A DNA stretch of 46,708 bases from Phycisphaerales bacterium (GTDB lineage: Bacteria; Planctomycetota; Phycisphaerae; Phycisphaerales; UBA1924). Shown here piece after piece: positions 20,848 through 30,800 of this stretch; position 1 is the stretch's first letter; each line of letters opens with the position of its first letter. Position numbers and translations under genes: made by a program. The stretch spans positions 1 through 46,708 of the forward strand of contig JBQLZI010000001.1 of NCBI GenBank assembly GCA_052168195.1, written 5' to 3'. The notes under the pieces are model-generated. The model searched no databases. It was not told the origin of the DNA and saw nothing but the letters and a program-made list of their open reading frames with translations.

Positions 20848-21849
20848 TCAAGCCCCGCCTTTCCTGCTGAGCTCGATGAATGGCACGGCTACTTCGAGGA
20901 CGCTGAGCCCGCCGTGTGTCAGAGTCGGGTAGCCGCCGGCGCTCTTCCATTTCCGGCGGCCGTTGACGAATAAGTGCGAGCCGTGGTCCGTGTTGAGTTG
21001 AAGATCGATAGGCGGAACCCACGGAGCGCGCTCTGCATTTGAACCGGTCCAACGCCCACTCTTGTATGTCTTCTTCATGTACTCGGAATGGTCATTCCCC
21101 GCATCAGGGAACAGTTCACTTGCGGCGTAACCGTGATCGGAAGTGATGACGAGGCGTCGACCGTGAGCGAGTCGATCCACTAGTGACCAGAAAGCCTCAC
21201 CTTGCAAGTGCTCCGCTGCCTTAGCAATCAGAGGGCGAAGACCTTCGCCAGCGTCAGCGAAATCATGGACATCCTTGTCGGGCCATTCATGCCACAGCAC
21301 CCAGTCGGGCTGGGAGCCGATCATGGCTGCGCAGTCGTCCCACGGCATGTTCGTGCATTCAGTGGATGCGCCTGGCAATCGGTGAGATGCACCCGCGCCA
21401 TTAGCGCCTAGTGAAGAGCGTTGCGCGAAACCCATGGCTTTGGCAAAAGGCGTCGTATCGGCAGGAAGCTCAGCCGCTGTTGGTCGCGCGGTGTGAACGA
21501 CTAGTCCGTGAGACTCTGCGCCGCTGAGCAGCCAAGGCACTTCTCGGAGAGAAAGAGCGTCAAGTATGAGCACGGCACGCCCCTGTCCACGGCTCTTCCA
21601 CCATGAAGCGAGCTCTTTGCTCGTGCGAGGGACGCACGACTCGTATTTGGCCCAGAGGTCCCAGCCCGCAGTGGCGAGGAACAGATCGAGATCGCCGACC
21701 TCACGATCACGTCGGACGATCTCTGATTCAGGTTTCGCGCCACCGAATGGTGCCGAGCATGTACTCCAGGCATACTGGAACGCGGCTGTCCATGCGTCGG
21801 GCGGCGAAGAATTCTGGAGTCGACGGAGGAGGTCGCCCGGAAGAGTCAT
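20848..21849 (-). CDS. pglZ: Short PglZ-domain (alkaline-phosphatase-fold) protein
   Basis: VLILDALSLREVPW, ELPADTTPFAKA, VITSDHGY and THGGLSVLEVAVPF match the PglZ core motifs. It is only 333 aa. ATGA overlap with the upstream gene. Confidence 0.78.
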   Translation of the reverse strand: MTLPGDLLRRLQNSSPPDAWTAAFQYAWSTCSAPFGGAKPESEIVRRDREVGDLDLFLATAGWDLWAKYESCVPRTSKELASWWKSRGQGRAVLILDALSLREVPWLLSGAESHGLVVHTARPTAAELPADTTPFAKAMGFAQRSSLGANGAGASHRLPGASTECTNMPWDDCAAMIGSQPDWVLWHEWPDKDVHDFADAGEGLRPLIAKAAEHLQGEAFWSLVDRLAHGRRLVITSDHGYAASELFPDAGNDHSEYMKKTYKSGRWTGSNAERAPWVPPIDLQLNTDHGSHLFVNGRRKWKSAGGYPTLTHGGLSVLEVAVPFIELSRKGGA

Positions 21850-24584
21850 TCCACCTGCTCCTTCTCCAACCCGAGCTCGTATGTCATTCCGTCGGGGAGC
21901 TTCTTGATCAGTTCCTGCAATTGTGCGCCGGTGAGCTTGCCGATCTTGAGATGTAGATTGTGGATCTGTGTTCCGGCCCGAATCCCTTGCGATTCGATCC
22001 GGCCAAGGAGATTCAACGACGACGTCGCCGGGATGTCGATCGGTACCCGCGTGGTTGACGCGCCGAAGATCCCGCCGGGCGCTGGCCCGGCACCGCCTCC
22101 GTACGTTCCGCCACCAGTGCCCCCACTCGAACCACCCGGTACGCCCGTGCCACCGGCGCCGCTCGGATCGCCACCCGGTTGCAACCCACCACCAGCAACA
22201 CCACCGGTCGGTCTCGCTGGCATATTGACGCCCCCTGTACCCGGGACGCTCTGCGGAAGAAGGACATGAGTCTCATCCAAGTGGCGGCCTGTGCCAAGTT
22301 GGCCCTTCAGCCGTCGCCACGCCATTTCCTCGCTCTCGTGGTCTTCCTGCTGAAGGTATCGCTGTCCTCGGAGATTGATGGCGATTTTGCCTTTGGCGCA
22401 GAGGCGGATGATGCGCTCCTTTACCAGAGTCTCGCCGAGCCACGGGATACAGTCCTTGCCGCCGGGCCGGGGCTCGCGCAGTTCTCGCAGGAGCTTGCCG
22501 ATGGCCTCGTTGTTCTCTGCTGCAACGAGGATGAACTCTTCGAAGTCCTCGGGGATGAACAGGTCTTCGCCAATCAGCTTCTCTATGGCGTCGGGGATGT
22601 TGGTGCCTTGGGCACGGTGAGGCTCGATGTAGAATCGGCAGTTGTCCGGCTGCTGAAAGTTCCAGTTCGCTAGGATGGCAAAACGGTCGAATCGGGCCTT
22701 GAGGATGTCGCGGAGTTCTTTCTGATATTTCGCCTGCAGCCGCGAGTACTCGGTGTTCTGCGTCTTCCATTGCTCAGCGAGATGAACACATCGAGCAAGC
22801 ACGATCAGATCGCGATCGCCGAAAATATTGGTGCTTCCATCCTGAGGAAGCAGGAACCGCACCGCGTTTCGATTTTTCGGCAGGTAGTCCCGCACCCAGC
22901 GACCGAAGGCAGCCTCAGGCTTTGTGGGAGCCTCAGGGAGCACAAGAATCGGAAGACGATCATCCCATTGGCTCGGATGATCAGCCTCGTCGATCGATGC
23001 CCACGGTTCCCGTTGCCAAACTTGCGGCAGAACAATGACTCTGAACCGGCTCGCCATATCCTCGGAACCGCCGATGACGTAGCGTGTCTCCTTCGCCAAC
23101 TTCGCGGTGTCTTGGCCCTCTTGGAACAGACGATCGTTTCTGGCGCTGGCAATAAGCTTCGCCTGAGGGTTTTCTTCCTCCTTGAAGATGTACCGGTTTC
23201 CATCCTCGTGAATGTTAAAGCTGTTCTCGACGATGGTCGAGAGTTCGACCTGAAATGCGTTGTCGTCTACGGCGCGATCTCGGGTCAGATCGACTTGAAG
23301 TGTGGCTTGATCTGCCCCGGCCTGGTTAATGTCCGCGAGTGAGCGGAGCCAGAGGGATCCGAGAATTCCTTCGAGGTGCGGAAGACGCTTCGCATAATCA
23401 GGGACGGCATCCCGCACGGCCTCAAGATTTCGCAGCGCTTTCTCGCGTAGTTTGGCGTGGTGGTGGTTCGCCACTGAGTCGAGCAAAGCCTCCATGCCGC
23501 CCCTGTCGTCATCGAGTTGGAAATCTGCCGCTGTGATAACGGCAACTTTTTCGCCCACGCGCTTGAAGAGATCCGCAAGGATTCGGATGAGGTCGCGCGT
23601 GCCTTGTGCACTGGTTGCGATAAGGACCTGGTCCTCGAGGAGTTTCATCAGATGGGTGGCGTACGGCCACATCTCGATGAACTCCTCGGAAAGGCGGGCA
23701 TGCTCGGCAGGTGGCGTATTGCGAAGACGGAAATACTCTTCAGCATGCGGCTTGATGATTGACTCGATCTGCGACCTGGGAACTTGCAAGCGGTTTTCGA
23801 AGAGTCGGTGCAACAACAATCTCGCGCGATCCTGCTTCGCAGTAATTCCCGTGAAGTCAACAATCACCGGGTTGACGCGCTGGATCTGTTGAAACGCATC
23901 GGTTTTGCCGTTGCGGACCGATACCACGAGTAGCAGCCGGTCGGGATGCTCTTTGGCGATCTCCGACAGGATCTGGATGAAGTTGAAGGCCCAGGTTTGC
24001 CAGCGGTTCTGCTTCGAGTTGGTTAGTCCATCGAACCACGTCTGAAATTCGTCGAGGATGAGTGCCATCGGTGTGTGCTGCAACATCTCCATGATGATGG
24101 TGTCGCTCGGCACATCCGTTTTCTTATCTCCTTCGGCCTCCCATTTGCCCTTGCAATACGCTCCGTGCGGGTGCTTGTCGAAGACCAGATCCCACAGCGT
24201 TTTGTAGTGTTGCTGGTGTAGGCTCTCGCTCACTACATGCATCGATGGTCGGAGCGATACCCGGTCGAGCATTTGGTTCGAGAGCGTATCGCGCCAGTAG
24301 GTCAACCACGCGGTCGTAGCGCCTGAGTCAGTGAGCGCGTGATACAGCGTGGCCATCAAGTGGGATTTGCCTTGTCCTCGCTCCCCCTTCAGGACAATCG
24401 GACGAGCCTGGTCTGGCCCCGAAGCCTCCAGCATCTTGAGCACATCGATGCTCGGATATGTGATGCGAAGGAAGTCGCTTGCAGGAACCTGAGTCGCACC
24501 GGTATTGTTCTTGTTGGCGAGTTCGATGGCCGTGCCTTTAAGGCGCCGTCCCTTAAACTCGTCGCGAATAGTCAACCCAAGCAT
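21846..24584 (-). CDS. DUF499-type P-loop ATPase (BrxC/PglY-like)
   Basis: 912 aa. Walker A is KGERGQGKSHLMATLYHAL and Walker B-like is MALILDEFQ. A Gly-rich linker precedes a small C-terminal domain. Confidence 0.85.
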   Translation of the reverse strand: MLGLTIRDEFKGRRLKGTAIELANKNNTGATQVPASDFLRITYPSIDVLKMLEASGPDQARPIVLKGERGQGKSHLMATLYHALTDSGATTAWLTYWRDTLSNQMLDRVSLRPSMHVVSESLHQQHYKTLWDLVFDKHPHGAYCKGKWEAEGDKKTDVPSDTIIMEMLQHTPMALILDEFQTWFDGLTNSKQNRWQTWAFNFIQILSEIAKEHPDRLLLVVSVRNGKTDAFQQIQRVNPVIVDFTGITAKQDRARLLLHRLFENRLQVPRSQIESIIKPHAEEYFRLRNTPPAEHARLSEEFIEMWPYATHLMKLLEDQVLIATSAQGTRDLIRILADLFKRVGEKVAVITAADFQLDDDRGGMEALLDSVANHHHAKLREKALRNLEAVRDAVPDYAKRLPHLEGILGSLWLRSLADINQAGADQATLQVDLTRDRAVDDNAFQVELSTIVENSFNIHEDGNRYIFKEEENPQAKLIASARNDRLFQEGQDTAKLAKETRYVIGGSEDMASRFRVIVLPQVWQREPWASIDEADHPSQWDDRLPILVLPEAPTKPEAAFGRWVRDYLPKNRNAVRFLLPQDGSTNIFGDRDLIVLARCVHLAEQWKTQNTEYSRLQAKYQKELRDILKARFDRFAILANWNFQQPDNCRFYIEPHRAQGTNIPDAIEKLIGEDLFIPEDFEEFILVAAENNEAIGKLLRELREPRPGGKDCIPWLGETLVKERIIRLCAKGKIAINLRGQRYLQQEDHESEEMAWRRLKGQLGTGRHLDETHVLLPQSVPGTGGVNMPARPTGGVAGGGLQPGGDPSGAGGTGVPGGSSGGTGGGTYGGGAGPAPGGIFGASTTRVPIDIPATSSLNLLGRIESQGIRAGTQIHNLHLKIGKLTGAQLQELIKKLPDGMTYELGLEKEQVE

Positions 24585-24758
24585 TCGCCAACACCCCCCA
24601 TGTGTGGTTCTCCGCAGCCTCGGCCATCACTCGCGGCCGATCGCATCTTGCAGCACTTCCGACGAATTCCACTCATTACCCTATGTCCTAACGCTGTTCG
24701 AACTGTTGGTACACAAACGGATGGGAATAGTAAAGCTTGAATTGAACGCGACACTAGA

Positions 24759-25958
24759 TCACTCAACCTGCACCCGTCCAGATCTGGGTGGCTCTTCCCC
24801 CCGATCGTCGTAGACGCTTCCATCACTTGCAACCCATTTTCGGGGTGTTGGCTGGAGGGGAATAGCGAGATGGTAACGGCTGTGCTTCCGCTTGCCCTCG
24901 CGGGTGAGTGCGCCCTTCTCCACGAGGTCGGCGAGGTCGCGGGAGGCGGTGGCGGTCGACGCGCCGGTGATGCCGATGTACTTGCTCGCGGTGAGTCCGC
25001 CATCGAAGCCGCGCGGGCCCTCGCGGAGCATGCGGAGGACGGCCTTCTCCTGACGCTCGTTGAGTTGATCGCGGAGACGGTCGAGGAGTCGGGCTTTGTC
25101 GAGGGTGAACTCCACCAGTGCGTGCGTGCGGTGCTGGGCTTCAAGGGCGACCCCTGCGAACCACGCGAGCCAGCCGGTGACCTCGTTGCGTTTGTTGGAC
25201 GCTTCGAGGATGTCGTAGTACTCCCGCCGGCGGGCGAGGATGGTCCCGGCGAGGGCAAGGAGCGTGGATCGGCCGAGGGTCTGGGAGATCGCCTTCTCAC
25301 AGAGAGCGCGGGCGATGCGGCCGTTGCCGTCCTCGAAGGGATGGATGCAGACGAAGTGCTGGTGGACGAGCCCGGCCCGGGTCAGCGCGGGGAGGGGCGT
25401 CTTACCCCCCGGCGCGGTGCGGTTGAACCAGTCGATGAAGCGGTCCATCTCCGTGGGGACACGGTCCGAGGGTGGAGCCTCGAAGTGGACGGTCGGGTCG
25501 TGGACCTTTCCGGAGACGACCTGCATGGGCTCGGGCTGGGTGCGGTAGCGGCCCACATCATGAAGGTCGCGGCGCCCTTTCATGAGGAGCCGGTGCCACT
25601 CGAAGAGCACTTCGTGCGTCAGCGGCTCGGCGGCGGTGCGGTGGCTGGCGACGGTGACCGCGGCGACCCCTTCCTCGGCCGGTCGTGGGCGCGCGGTGTC
25701 AGCCCTCAGCCCGAGCTGGCGGCGGACAGAGGATTGCACGCTCTCGCGGTCGAGGAGCTCGCCCTCGATCTCGGAGGTGGTGAGCGCCTCGCTGGTGAAT
25801 GTCTCGACCCGGACGGCGTCGGCGTCGGCCTCGCCCAGGTGCTCAACCACCCCGAAGACGACCCCGGCCCCGAGCAGAAACGCCTGCTCGGCCTTGGCCA
25901 GACGCGCGGCGTCCCAGGTGAAATCGGGCCAATCGGGCTGTTCCCAGTTCCATTTCAT
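24759..25958 (-). CDS. Fic-family protein (AMPylase-type motif) with a C-terminal wHTH-like region
   Basis: Canonical HPFEDGNGRIAR motif. The N-terminal MKWNWEQPDWPDFTWD is typical of the DUF4172-Fic architecture. Confidence 0.9.
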   Translation of the reverse strand: MKWNWEQPDWPDFTWDAARLAKAEQAFLLGAGVVFGVVEHLGEADADAVRVETFTSEALTTSEIEGELLDRESVQSSVRRQLGLRADTARPRPAEEGVAAVTVASHRTAAEPLTHEVLFEWHRLLMKGRRDLHDVGRYRTQPEPMQVVSGKVHDPTVHFEAPPSDRVPTEMDRFIDWFNRTAPGGKTPLPALTRAGLVHQHFVCIHPFEDGNGRIARALCEKAISQTLGRSTLLALAGTILARRREYYDILEASNKRNEVTGWLAWFAGVALEAQHRTHALVEFTLDKARLLDRLRDQLNERQEKAVLRMLREGPRGFDGGLTASKYIGITGASTATASRDLADLVEKGALTREGKRKHSRYHLAIPLQPTPRKWVASDGSVYDDRGEEPPRSGRVQVE

Positions 25959-26064
25959 GATCGATAACCCCCTTCTTTATCGATCAATCATTGCATATAT
26001 CTTGATCGATAGCAAGCCCCGCTATCGATCATCCGGAGAGGGCGAGCATGATGGAAAATCGATA
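25958..26064. promoter_or_regulatory. Paired inverted-repeat operator candidates upstream of and overlapping the Fic start codon
   Basis: TGATCGATA-N11-TATCGATCA occurs at 25958-25986 and again at 26003-26031, with an extra half-site ATCGATA at 26058-26064. Confidence 0.5.
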
Positions 26065-26409
26065 GAATGGTCCCTGCGGGCGGCTTGGATCCTCGCCGTT
26101 GCGCCGGTTTCCGAGGCTTGTGAGACTCCATCCGACCCCTCCTAACCCCGTTTAGGGAAGATGTCTGATTCTTTCGGAAGGCTTACCGATCTTCCTACTC
26201 TCGGGGCTGTCAGGAGCACCTTCCGAGCAGGCGAAGATCCTCACTCCATCGATCGAGCGGGGCTTGGTGATGGAGGCTCGGGGACGTTGGAGACGGGGAC
26301 GGTCGGGGACAACGTCCGGGAACATCGGAGAAGGAAGACGACTTGGAGGAGATCTGAGAAGAAGGTCGACAGGCTCTCCGATCGGCTTCGGATCCCACAC
26401 CCGACAGCG

Positions 26410-26436
26410 CAAAAAGAACCCCGCGCGAAGGCGGGG
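26410..26436 (-). terminator. Rho-independent terminator after the DUF2958 operon
   Basis: The minus strand reads CCCCGC-cttcgc-GCGGGG followed by TTCTTTTTG, about 30 nt downstream of the stop at 26467. Confidence 0.65.
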
Positions 26437-26466
26437 TCAGTTGCGGACGGTTGAGCAATGAACGGG

Positions 26467-26766
26467 TCAGCGTTCCCGCTGGCGGATCACGCTGAGGCGA
26501 GTCGGCGAGAAGTGAAGGTCGCGCTCGATGGTCAGGCCCCCGGGCCCGCGGACCGAGCCGAGCTCCTTGAGACTGAAGTAGCCGTACTCGACCTCGTGGC
26601 CGTAGACGAGCCCGAAGAAGAGATCCTCGCCGTCGAACTCGGTGGCGTACCAGGTCCAGTTGCTCCACGGCGTGAAGAACCGGACCCGGACGAGCGGGTC
26701 CTCGTCGGCCTCGGTCGCATAGAGCGGCGGGAGCGTGACGCGGATGTCGGAGGGGAGGAGCATCAT
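26467..26766 (-). CDS. DUF2958-domain protein (associated with conjugative elements)
   Basis: LPPLYATEADEDPLVRVRFFTPWSNWTWYATEFDGEDLFFGLVYGHEVEYGYFSLKEL...IERDLHF matches the DUF2958 consensus as I recall it. Confidence 0.75.
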   Translation of the reverse strand: MMLLPSDIRVTLPPLYATEADEDPLVRVRFFTPWSNWTWYATEFDGEDLFFGLVYGHEVEYGYFSLKELGSVRGPGGLTIERDLHFSPTRLSVIRQRER

Positions 26767-27104
26767 GACTCACCCCCGGTCCCGCCCCCGCCCCCGGACT
26801 CCAGACGAAGCCCCTTCAGTCGGCGGGCCAGGTCGAGCACGCTCGACCGGCCTTCGAGGTGATCGATGATCGCCATCGCGGCCTTCACCGACTCGTCGAG
26901 GTCGCCGAGCTCGTCGTACTGGAACTCGTCGTGCGATCCCTTCGAGCTGACCTGAAACGACGCGGTGTGCCGGACCGGCTCGCCGTTGATCCGACGCGCG
27001 GTGATGGTCGTCCGAACATCGCCGATGACGAACCACTCGACGACGCGGGCCGCGGGGTTGCTCGACGTCATCGAGCCGAGCAGTTCGCAGAGACGCGACC
27101 TCAT
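26763..27104 (-). CDS. Hypothetical protein
   Basis: 113 aa. It is translationally coupled at both ends (ATGA overlaps at 27101-27104 and 26763-26766). Confidence 0.6.
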   Translation of the reverse strand: MRSRLCELLGSMTSSNPAARVVEWFVIGDVRTTITARRINGEPVRHTASFQVSSKGSHDEFQYDELGDLDESVKAAMAIIDHLEGRSSVLDLARRLKGLRLESGGGGGTGGES

Positions 27105-27478
27105 CGCGACACGCCCGCCTTGGCTCTCGCCTTGGCGGTCTTCTGCGGGGCGTCATCGCCCCCGGCGGCATGCGCCGGGGGCTTGGACTGCGTCTCGGGT
27201 GTGGGTTCGCCATCGGCGTCCTCGCGTTGCTTCGCTCGTGCGAGCGATTGCAGCTCGTGGATCCGGGTGTGGGCCATGTCGGCCGCCTTGGCGAGCGTGA
27301 GCAGATCGTCGCGGTTGAAGCTCGCGGACGACCGCCACGCATTGGCCTCGGCGTCGAAGTACCGGCGCTCGAAGGTGACCGAGTAGTACCGGGTCCCCTT
27401 CTCGGCGAGGTTCTCCCAGATCGCGGCCCGGATGGGCCCGAGCATCACCGTGTCGGCGGGAGGTTGGTTGGTTGTCAT
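27101..27478 (-). CDS. Hypothetical protein (possibly an ssDNA-binding PC4/YdbC-like fold)
   Basis: Internal ATG at 27478 (MTTNQPP...). First gene of a three-gene coupled operon. The fold suggestion rests only on the IRAAIWEN..YYSVTFERRY..W.SSASF pattern. Confidence 0.6.
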   Translation of the reverse strand: MTTNQPPADTVMLGPIRAAIWENLAEKGTRYYSVTFERRYFDAEANAWRSSASFNRDDLLTLAKAADMAHTRIHELQSLARAKQREDADGEPTPETQSKPPAHAAGGDDAPQKTAKARAKAGVSR

Positions 27479-27828
27479 ACAGACTCCTTTCTGTTTGCTG
27501 GTTGACCATGCCGATCGGGCGACGCGTCGAGCCCCGCCCCCGGAGGGGAAGGGCCCCGCCGACGGCAAGCAAGGCCGCCCGGAGCCGCACGCGCTTCTCA
27601 CGCGTGCGCCCGGGTCTGCCGCCTGCACAAGGCGAGCTCTTCACGAGCCGCGGAAGGCGGACGGCCGCTTGCGTCGGGCGAGCGCGGCGCCAGGCATGGC
27701 GGTCACCAACCAGCCAGAAACGGAGTCCATGAACAACCCCGTCCCCGGACGACGGGGATGGCTCGACAGCCGCAATTGCCATCCGGGGACCGTCTTGAGC
27801 GGGGACCGGCATTCGGTACGCTGATCCG

Positions 27829-30800
27829 ATGCTTCGGATACACCAGTGCCGGAGCGCGGCGGCTGCGCAGTCGTATTTCACGCAGGGGCTCGCGCGAGAG
27901 GACTACTACACCGAGGGGCTCGAGATCACGGGCGCCTGGCAGGGCCGGGCCGCCGAGCGTCTCGGGCTCCTCAAGCACCACAACGGCGCCGTCGAGCGCG
28001 ACGCCTTCGCCGCGCTCACCGAGAACATCCACCCGCGCACCGGCGAACGGCTGACGCTCCGCACCCGCAACAACCGCACGATTGGATACGACATCAACTT
28101 CCACGCGCCCAAGGGCGTCTCGCTCCTCCACGCCGTGCACAAGGACGGTCGGATCGCCGAGGCGTTCCGCGCGTCGGTGCGCGAGACCATGCTGGAGATC
28201 GAGCGCCACGCCGAGACGCGGGTGCGCAAGAAGGGACAGGACGAGAACCGCCTCACCGGCAATCTCGTGTGGGCGGACTTCGTGCATCTTACCGCCCGGC
28301 CGACGGTCGCCGCCGACGGGCCCGATCCGCATCTCCACGCGCACTGTTTCGTCATGAACTGCACCTGGGACCGCGCGGAGGAATCGTGGAAGGCCGCGCA
28401 GTTCCGCGGCATCAACCGCGACGCGCCGTACTACGAGGCTGCGTTCCACGCGCGATTCGCCCGCCGGCTCGAAGGCCTGGGCTACGCGATCGAACGCACG
28501 CCCAAGGGCTGGGATCTCAAAGACGTTCCGCGCTCGCTGATCGACAAGTACTCGACCCGGACGGTCGAGATCGAAGCCTTCGCCGCCGAGAAGGGCATCA
28601 CCGACCCGAAGCAGAAGGGCGAGCTCGGGGCGCGCACGCGCAAGGCCAAGGACAAGACGCTCTCCGCCGCCGAACTCGCCCAGCGCTGGGAGAAGCGGCT
28701 CGACGACCGCGAACGTTCGCTCCTGCAATCAATCAATGATCGCGGCCATCCCCCGCCGCCGCCCTCGGAGACGCCGTCCGACCCGACCCCGTTCCTGCCC
28801 GGGGACGGCTCGCGCGAGCGCGCCGCGGCTAAAGAAGCCGTCGACCACGCGATCGCGCACTGCTTCGAGCGCAAGTCGGCGCTCCCCGAGGTCCGCCTGG
28901 TCGAGCAGGCCCTGCGCTTCGGCGTCGGACGCGTCGACACCGAGGACGTGTGGGCCGAGGTGCGGAGCCGCACGCTCCTCTCGCGTGAGATGAACGGCGA
29001 GAAGTTCGTGACGACGAACGAGGTCCTCGCTCAGGAGCGCGCCATGCTCGCCTTCGCGGTCGAAGGCAAGGGGACCTGCGCGCCGGCGCGCGAGCGCCTC
29101 ATGCGCCGCACGCCCGACTGGGAGCCGTCTTCGAAATCCCTCGCCGAGGATCAGCGCCGCGCCGTCGACCACGTGCTCGACTCGACCGATCGCGTGATCG
29201 CCATCCGCGGCGCGGCCGGAGTCGGCAAGACGACGATGACCCTCGAAGCCGTGGGCGCGCTGCGCGCCGCGGGGCTTCCTGTGACCGTGGTGGCCCCCAC
29301 CGCCGGCGCCTCGCGCGGGGCCGACGGCCTGCGCGGCAAGGGGCTTGCGACCGCGGACACCGTCGCGAAACTGCTCTCGGACCCGCAGATGCAGGCGGGG
29401 CTTAAGGGCGGCGTGCTCTGGGTCGACGAGGCCGGGCTCCTCGGCGTCGGGACCATGCTGCAACTCTCGCAACTGGCTGAACAGCACGATGCGCGCGTGG
29501 TGGTCTGCGGCGACGCGCGCCAGCACCGGCCGGTCGAAGCGGGCGACGCGCTGCGCGTGCTCGAATCCCACGGCGGGATCGCGCCGGTCGAGCTCACCAC
29601 CATCCGCCGCCAGCGCGGGATGTACAAGGAAGCCGTTGCGGCGATCGCCGACGGGAACCTCGACAAGGGCCTCGATCGGCTGGAGAAGCTCAACGCGTTT
29701 GTCGAGATCGACGATTCCGCCATGCGCGACCGCGCGGCGGCGCAGGACTACTTGACGGCGCTCGTGAACGGGAAGACGGCGATGATCGTCTCGCCGACGC
29801 ACGCCGAGGGCGAGCGCGTCGCCCGCGCCGTGCGCGAGGCCCAGCGCGAGAGCGGGATGCTCAGGGGCGAGGACCGGGATTTCGTGCGCCTGCGCGACCT
29901 GAATTGGAGCGAGGCCCAGCGCGCCGACCCGGCGATGTACGGCCGCGACGAGGGCGGGGACGCGCCGGCGCTCGTCGCCCACTTCCATCAGGGCGCGAAG
30001 GGCGTCGTCGCCGGGGACCGGTGCGAAATCTTGGGTACGCGTGCCCGGGAGGACGGAAGCCTCGCCGTGTTCGGACGCACGCCGCGCCGCGTCGAGGTCG
30101 AGCTGCCCGTCGAGCACGCCGACCGATTCCAGGTGTTCGCGCAGGAGAAGATCTCGCTCGCCGCCGGGGACCGGATCCGGATCACGCGCAACGGGCGCTT
30201 GGACAAGGGCCGCTCGCGCGTCACCAACGGCGACACCTGTGAGGTGAAGGGCTTCACTAAGGACGGGCACCTGAAGATCGAGCGCAATGGGCGGGAGCAG
30301 ACGGTCCCGCGGAACTACGGGCACATCGCCTACGGGAGCGTGAGCACGTCGCACGCGGCCCAGGGCAAGGACGTCGACCTCGCGATCCTGGTCCAGTCTT
30401 CGGCGTCGTTCGCGGCGGGGAGCGACGCGCAGTTCTACGTCTCGGTGAGCCGCGGCAAGCAGGGCCTCAGGATCTACACGGACGACATCGCCGAGCTCAA
30501 GGACGCCGTGCGCCGCAGCGCGGACCGCCCGGCCGCGGTGGAGGTCGCCGACGGCGCGACGCCGACGAATCGCGCGTTGAAGACGCACGATCGCAACGGC
30601 CGCGTTGAGAAAGCGCCCGAGCGATCAAACGCGAAGAAGCCCGAGTCGCCGAGCATCGAGACGATGCGCGACGCGGCGCGCCTGCACCGGCTGGGCAAGG
30701 AGGCTCGCGAGCGCTTGGAGCGTTTCCAGCGCGAGCAACCGCCGGCGCGCACGGGGCCGTCGACCGCGACGCCGGAGCGTTCCTCGCCGGGGCCGTCGAA

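Noticed and set aside
25958-26064. The repeated ATCGAT-containing motifs considered as a mini CRISPR array or an iteron origin.
   Set aside because: The repeats are only 9 bp, in inverted pairs with fixed 11-nt spacers, and lie directly over a start codon and promoter. That fits operators, not CRISPR repeats. No cas genes are present.
26100-26466. Small ORFs (26152..26412, 26161..26454, 26264..26461) as a candidate antitoxin or small regulator next to Fic.
   Set aside because: Their composition is not protein-like (Arg/Pro/Ser-rich). They overlap one another in different frames and span the terminator at 26410-26436.
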